Shown here one piece after another: positions 60,170-64,000 of a DNA stretch of 64,000 nucleotides. The stretch covers positions 3,264,001-3,328,000 of the forward strand of contig OZ252239.1 in assembly GCA_965249485.1 (NCBI GenBank), in the 5' to 3' direction. A model generated the notes under the pieces. It made no database searches. It was not told where the DNA came from and worked only from the letters and a program-made list of their open reading frames with translations. A program made the translations under genes and the position numbers. Positions within the stretch are counted from its first letter, which is position 1, and the number at the start of each line of letters is the position of its first letter. The stretch is from a bacterium (GTDB lineage: Bacteria; SM23-31).

Positions 60170-61036
60170 TCAGTTGGTTTTTTCGAGAAAATTGTTAATT
60201 GCCCGAATTGTTTCATCTGGGCTTTCTTCTTGCGGCATATGTCCGCATTCGGGGATGATAGTGAGGTACGACTGTGACAGGATTTTGTGAAACAGATATG
60301 CATCGGCAACAGGTATGACTTTATCCTGATCACCCCAGATTATCAGGACTGGAATACGAATTATTGGAAACTGTGACCGTATTTCATCAAAATTATCGGG
60401 GAAGATGTATCGTGCTGCATTGGCAGTCGCCCTTCTGCTTCCGGGCAAATCGTAAAATTGTGCATATTTAATTATACGATTGTCCGTTACTTTCGATTTA
60501 TTATGATAAGCTCTTTTTAATGAGACAGACATCATGGTTCGTGATGAAACGAACTGAAGTATCAATCTGCCAAGCCACGGCCTCTTACGGGATAAATCAA
60601 TAAAAAAAGGAAGCTTCCGGTCATATCCGGCACTTCCTATCAGGATAAGTTTTTCAATGTATTTTGAATCACTTTTTAGTAGTAAAACTGTAACAATTAA
60701 AGCAACACCCCCTCCATAGGAGTTCCCGACTAATACTACGTTTGAGAGATTTCGCGCTTTGATAAATCGGATAACAATATCGGCTTGATCAACCGGAGAA
60801 TAGTATTGATCATCCGGTTTCGACGAGTATTCGAATCCCTTTAAATCAAAGGCAATAACAGAATACTTTTCTGGAAATGATTCCCAAATAGTATCCCACG
60901 TCAATGCAGATGCCGAAAAACCGTGCAGCAAAATTATTGTTTTATCACCACGGCCGATTTCATAATAATTAATCCGAACAGAATCGGAATAATCAAATGT
61001 CTTACGCTTTATTTCCAGATGATCAGGTTCCGTCAC
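60170..61036 (-). CDS. Alpha/beta hydrolase
   Basis: LLHGF, GNSYGG, WGDQD and GHMPQEE motifs. Confidence 0.9.
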   Translation of the reverse strand: MTEPDHLEIKRKTFDYSDSVRINYYEIGRGDKTIILLHGFSASALTWDTIWESFPEKYSVIAFDLKGFEYSSKPDDQYYSPVDQADIVIRFIKARNLSNVVLVGNSYGGGVALIVTVLLLKSDSKYIEKLILIGSAGYDRKLPFFIDLSRKRPWLGRLILQFVSSRTMMSVSLKRAYHNKSKVTDNRIIKYAQFYDLPGSRRATANAARYIFPDNFDEIRSQFPIIRIPVLIIWGDQDKVIPVADAYLFHKILSQSYLTIIPECGHMPQEESPDETIRAINNFLEKTN

Positions 61037-61087
61037 CAGAGTACTTTCATTCCTACAGCCACATCAATGCTTTGGTTCATCAGTTGT

Positions 61088-61558
61088 TTAAATATGCTTC
61101 GAGAGCTTTGCGATGGTCGGGTGAGAAAGTTTCATAAAATCGTCCATCTTCATCTTAATAGCATCAGTATGTGTTCCGGCATTAAATGCAATCTCTTTGT
61201 CTTCTTCAAGACTCTTTGCCATATACACAGGCATGTGATAAAGATTTCCGAATGGCGACATTGCTCCGACTTCACAGTCAGGGAAAAGCGATTGAAATGT
61301 GTCTTCAGTAGCAAGCTCAATATTCTCTGTATGGAAAAAGGACTTCATGTCCTCGAAGCTAAGCTTATAGCTTGCCGGAAGCACAATCATCACATATTCT
61401 ATTCCGCACTTGACAATAATGGTCTTTGCCATTTCTTTGCCGGGAACATGCAATGCTGCGGCAATTTCCTGAGCTGTATACGCACGTGGATGGGTTAAAA
61501 CAGTATAATCGACGTTATTATCATCAAGATACTGCTTCAATTGACCTGAGACAGCCAT
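61088..61558 (-). CDS. YbaK/ProX family aminoacyl-tRNA deacylase
   Basis: AKT, FPDCEVGAMSPFG and FNAGTH motifs. Confidence 0.88.
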   Translation of the reverse strand: MAVSGQLKQYLDDNNVDYTVLTHPRAYTAQEIAAALHVPGKEMAKTIIVKCGIEYVMIVLPASYKLSFEDMKSFFHTENIELATEDTFQSLFPDCEVGAMSPFGNLYHMPVYMAKSLEEDKEIAFNAGTHTDAIKMKMDDFMKLSHPTIAKLSKHI

Positions 61559-61944
61559 AATTCTTCCCCCTATTTGTGTAATATTATTTATATAAATACT
61601 ACGACGGCACTGGAAGATCGAAATTAATTAAGACGTTAGTTACAATCAAGAAGGAGAAAGAGAAACCTGGGATTCTATCGTGAGGTCAGAACGCTGTAGT
61701 TGTAATATATGTTTATGAATGTAACATGTCAATAATTATATGCACGAATTCATAATATTGTTCACTGAAGGTGTCGGATTTCGTCACATAAAACATATAT
61801 TAAAAAGCTCCTCCGAGTGGTTGAATCGGAAGAGCTTATCAGATGCATTGCTATTCTTTTGGAAATCTGGAATTTATCTATGACAAAAGAAAATCTATAC
61901 AACAAAATAATATCGGACAATAACTTTCCCTTCATTCGGCAGGG

Positions 61945-63581
61945 TTACATTGCTGTTCTCATTTCCATTGGCTGGGCAACCAACCACAAACTGAGTATAG
62001 AAAACAGAATCATCATGACAATCATGGGAATCTGGCTTCTTATTGCGGTTTTTCTCTCATTGAAAATGTAGTAAGCATGCCGATGAGAAATATAAATCCC
62101 AAACACATGCCCGATCTATGATCATACTCACCTGGAGTGCCCACACCGATTCAATAGAGAAGAGTGATGCTGTTTTCATTCCTGCCGTTCCGATCAGATT
62201 CCACCCGTACCCGAACGGGTCCGAAATCAGAACAACAAACTTCTGACTTTCTACGATAAAGTGTTCAATATTGTGTGCGACATGGTAAAACAGGGCAATC
62301 GGTACTATACTATATGCATATTTTATAAACAGAGTTTTCTGTGAAAGATCTTTAGCTCCTGCGGCTATTTTTGTCAACCAGACAAATCCATTATAAATAA
62401 CAATCGGAATGAGAATGCCGCCGGCCATACCGATCGAAAATGCTCCCATCTCGCTCATGTTAAAGACTGATTGAAGAGACTGTAAAACTGATTTCCAAAC
62501 GGGTGTCATTGTTAATCCGTGAAATGCTGTCAGAGCAAAGAGAATGAGTGCAAAGGTATGATTCATCTTTTCTCGGTTTTGGTGAGGTTACGAGGTCGTG
62601 TGCAAACGGGCGGACGTTAAGTGATACGTTGTCAAGTTTACAGCTCCGGAAACACTCCGCACACATAGCGCAATAGGTATTAGTAGTCATCGTTTTGAGA
62701 TTCATACCGGTCGGACAGGGGTAACCTGTCCCATTTCCCCGGAAGCAGTCAACCGTTTTACAGGTCCTGCACACATCTGGATTTTTGTGCCGGATTTCAA
62801 CCGGAGCAAACATTGCATACAAACCACTGACCCTTCCGACGAGACAACCGTAACGGCAAAACGATTTTTTCTCAAAGACCAATCCCGGAATAAAAACAAG
62901 ACCAAACATCAATAAACCGAGTATGGCAGTTTTTTCAGGACTAAACGTAACCTGATAACCGAGTTCAGTCCAGGTGAGAGCAATAAAAAAAATTATCGCG
63001 GGATAAATATTCTTTAAATATTTCGGCCACGGCAAACCGAGATTAAACAATTCCCGGTTTTTAACCTTCAGAAACGACATCCTGCGCAGCCAGCTTGTCA
63101 AAGCATCTCACGGACAGGCGTAACAGAACATTTTACCGAAAAACAGAATGATAAAAATTAGCCCGACCCACCAGATATTCCAGGTTAGTGTCGGTGCGAT
63201 ATTTCTGCCAGGATGCTGATTTCCATAGAACCCAGCAAAGAGGATTACGAGGAACAAAAACACGAGAGATGCCTGAAAAAACAACTGAATACTGCGTGAC
63301 TTAAAGAAAAGTTTTACCGGCTTAAATTGTGTAAGTTCAAATTTGAAATATGAATTAAGATGATTCGGTCGCCGTCGGATCATTTCAAAGATAACAAATG
63401 AAAGGAGCATGACAATCACGATAGATGAATAGTAGAGCCAGTCGGGAATACCCGCCATTAGGTGTTCACCCATCATTGACTGATCTGCTGGCATCCCTTC
63501 TGACATCAACTGATGTCCCATTGCCTGATGGTTCATCATTTGATGATTCATTTCCTGCATGTTTTGTGCCTGTTGCACCAT
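61945..63581 (-). pseudogene. Membrane 4Fe-4S-binding protein (NapH/FixG-like), disrupted
   Basis: FCYACP-TGA at 63108 continues in frame DALTSWL. Frameshifts near 62555 and 62118. FCRYGC and CxxCxxC...C motifs. Confidence 0.8.
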
Positions 63582-63591
63582 AGCTGGCCTT

Positions 63592-63999
63592 CTATATTCT
63601 TTCGGGCAATACCATTATGCCTGTTCCCGGTGCTGGACAGAGATACTCACATATCCCGCACCCGTTACAAACATCCGATATCACCCTCGGTTTACCGTTT
63701 TCAACAACGATTGCTTCATTTTTAAGCGGACATTCCGTGTAGAAGTAGTCACAAATCTGACCCTGATAAGCAAAGCATTTATTCTGAATGAGATGCGCAG
63801 TACCCATATTGATTATAGTATTTGAGAGAAGCGCCTTTTCCGGGCATGCAGAAATACAGGGATAATCGTCGCAAAGGTAACAGGGAGTCTCTGAGGGTTC
63901 TATCATCGGAGTACCCACTGCCGCACCATATTTTACATCGGCCCGTTTCAGAGAATCATGGGAACATGCTGCAATACATTTGTCACATTTTGTGCATTG
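63592..63999 (-). CDS. NapG/MauM-like polyferredoxin (5'-truncated by window)
   Basis: CTKCDKCIAAC, GTP...PCYLC...PC..ACP and CNGCGICEYLCP motifs. Confidence 0.8.
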   Translation of the reverse strand, partial: QCTKCDKCIAACSHDSLKRADVKYGAAVGTPMIEPSETPCYLCDDYPCISACPEKALLSNTIINMGTAHLIQNKCFAYQGQICDYFYTECPLKNEAIVVENGKPRVISDVCNGCGICEYLCPAPGTGIMVLPERI

Positions 64000-64000
64000 C

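Noticed and set aside
63108..63110. Selenocysteine or TGA=Trp recoding in the Fe-S membrane gene
   Set aside because: The position fits Trp (CPW), the gene also has two frameshifts, and TGA is a normal stop in many host genes.
221..63825. Numerous short antisense or alternate-frame ORFs in the track (e.g. 221-547, 12889-13305, 35981-36574, 60923-61498, 61817-62071)
   Set aside because: They are shadows of longer genes with recognisable motifs on the opposite strand or frame.

Overview
Positions 1 to about 30.8 kb are the right part of a podovirus-type prophage. A + strand virion module (portal, scaffold, SU10/DUF5309-like major capsid, adaptor, nozzle, ejection proteins) converges on a - strand early/replication module (UDG-PolA fusion polymerase, DUF3987 P-loop protein, dNMP kinase, MazG-like, SSB, Sak4-like AAA, Cas4-like nuclease, many small ORFs). 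The prophage ends at a 3' fragment of tRNA-Ser(TGA), the likely att site. The rest is bacterial host chromosome: oxalate-CoA ligase/PanE-like pair, Nramp, TRAP transporter, amino-acid catabolism genes, SPL-like radical SAM, FapA, rnhB, comEC, djlA-like, mog, a sigma54 activator, and a decaying Fe-S/redox region at the right end. The most striking signal, missed by the ORF track, is a set of otherwise well-formed genes interrupted by in-frame TAG codons: an in-frame extension behind the capsid gene, two small phage genes, host djlA and the host sigma54 activator. This suggests conditional amber readthrough, but TAG is also a normal stop here and TAA/TGA/frameshift lesions occur too, so decay or assembly error remains a real alternative. 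The phage also has structured intergenic elements: a hairpin whose loop matches the next gene's RBS, a nested multi-stem element and tRNA remnants. All calls are by-eye motif recognition; no database searches were run.
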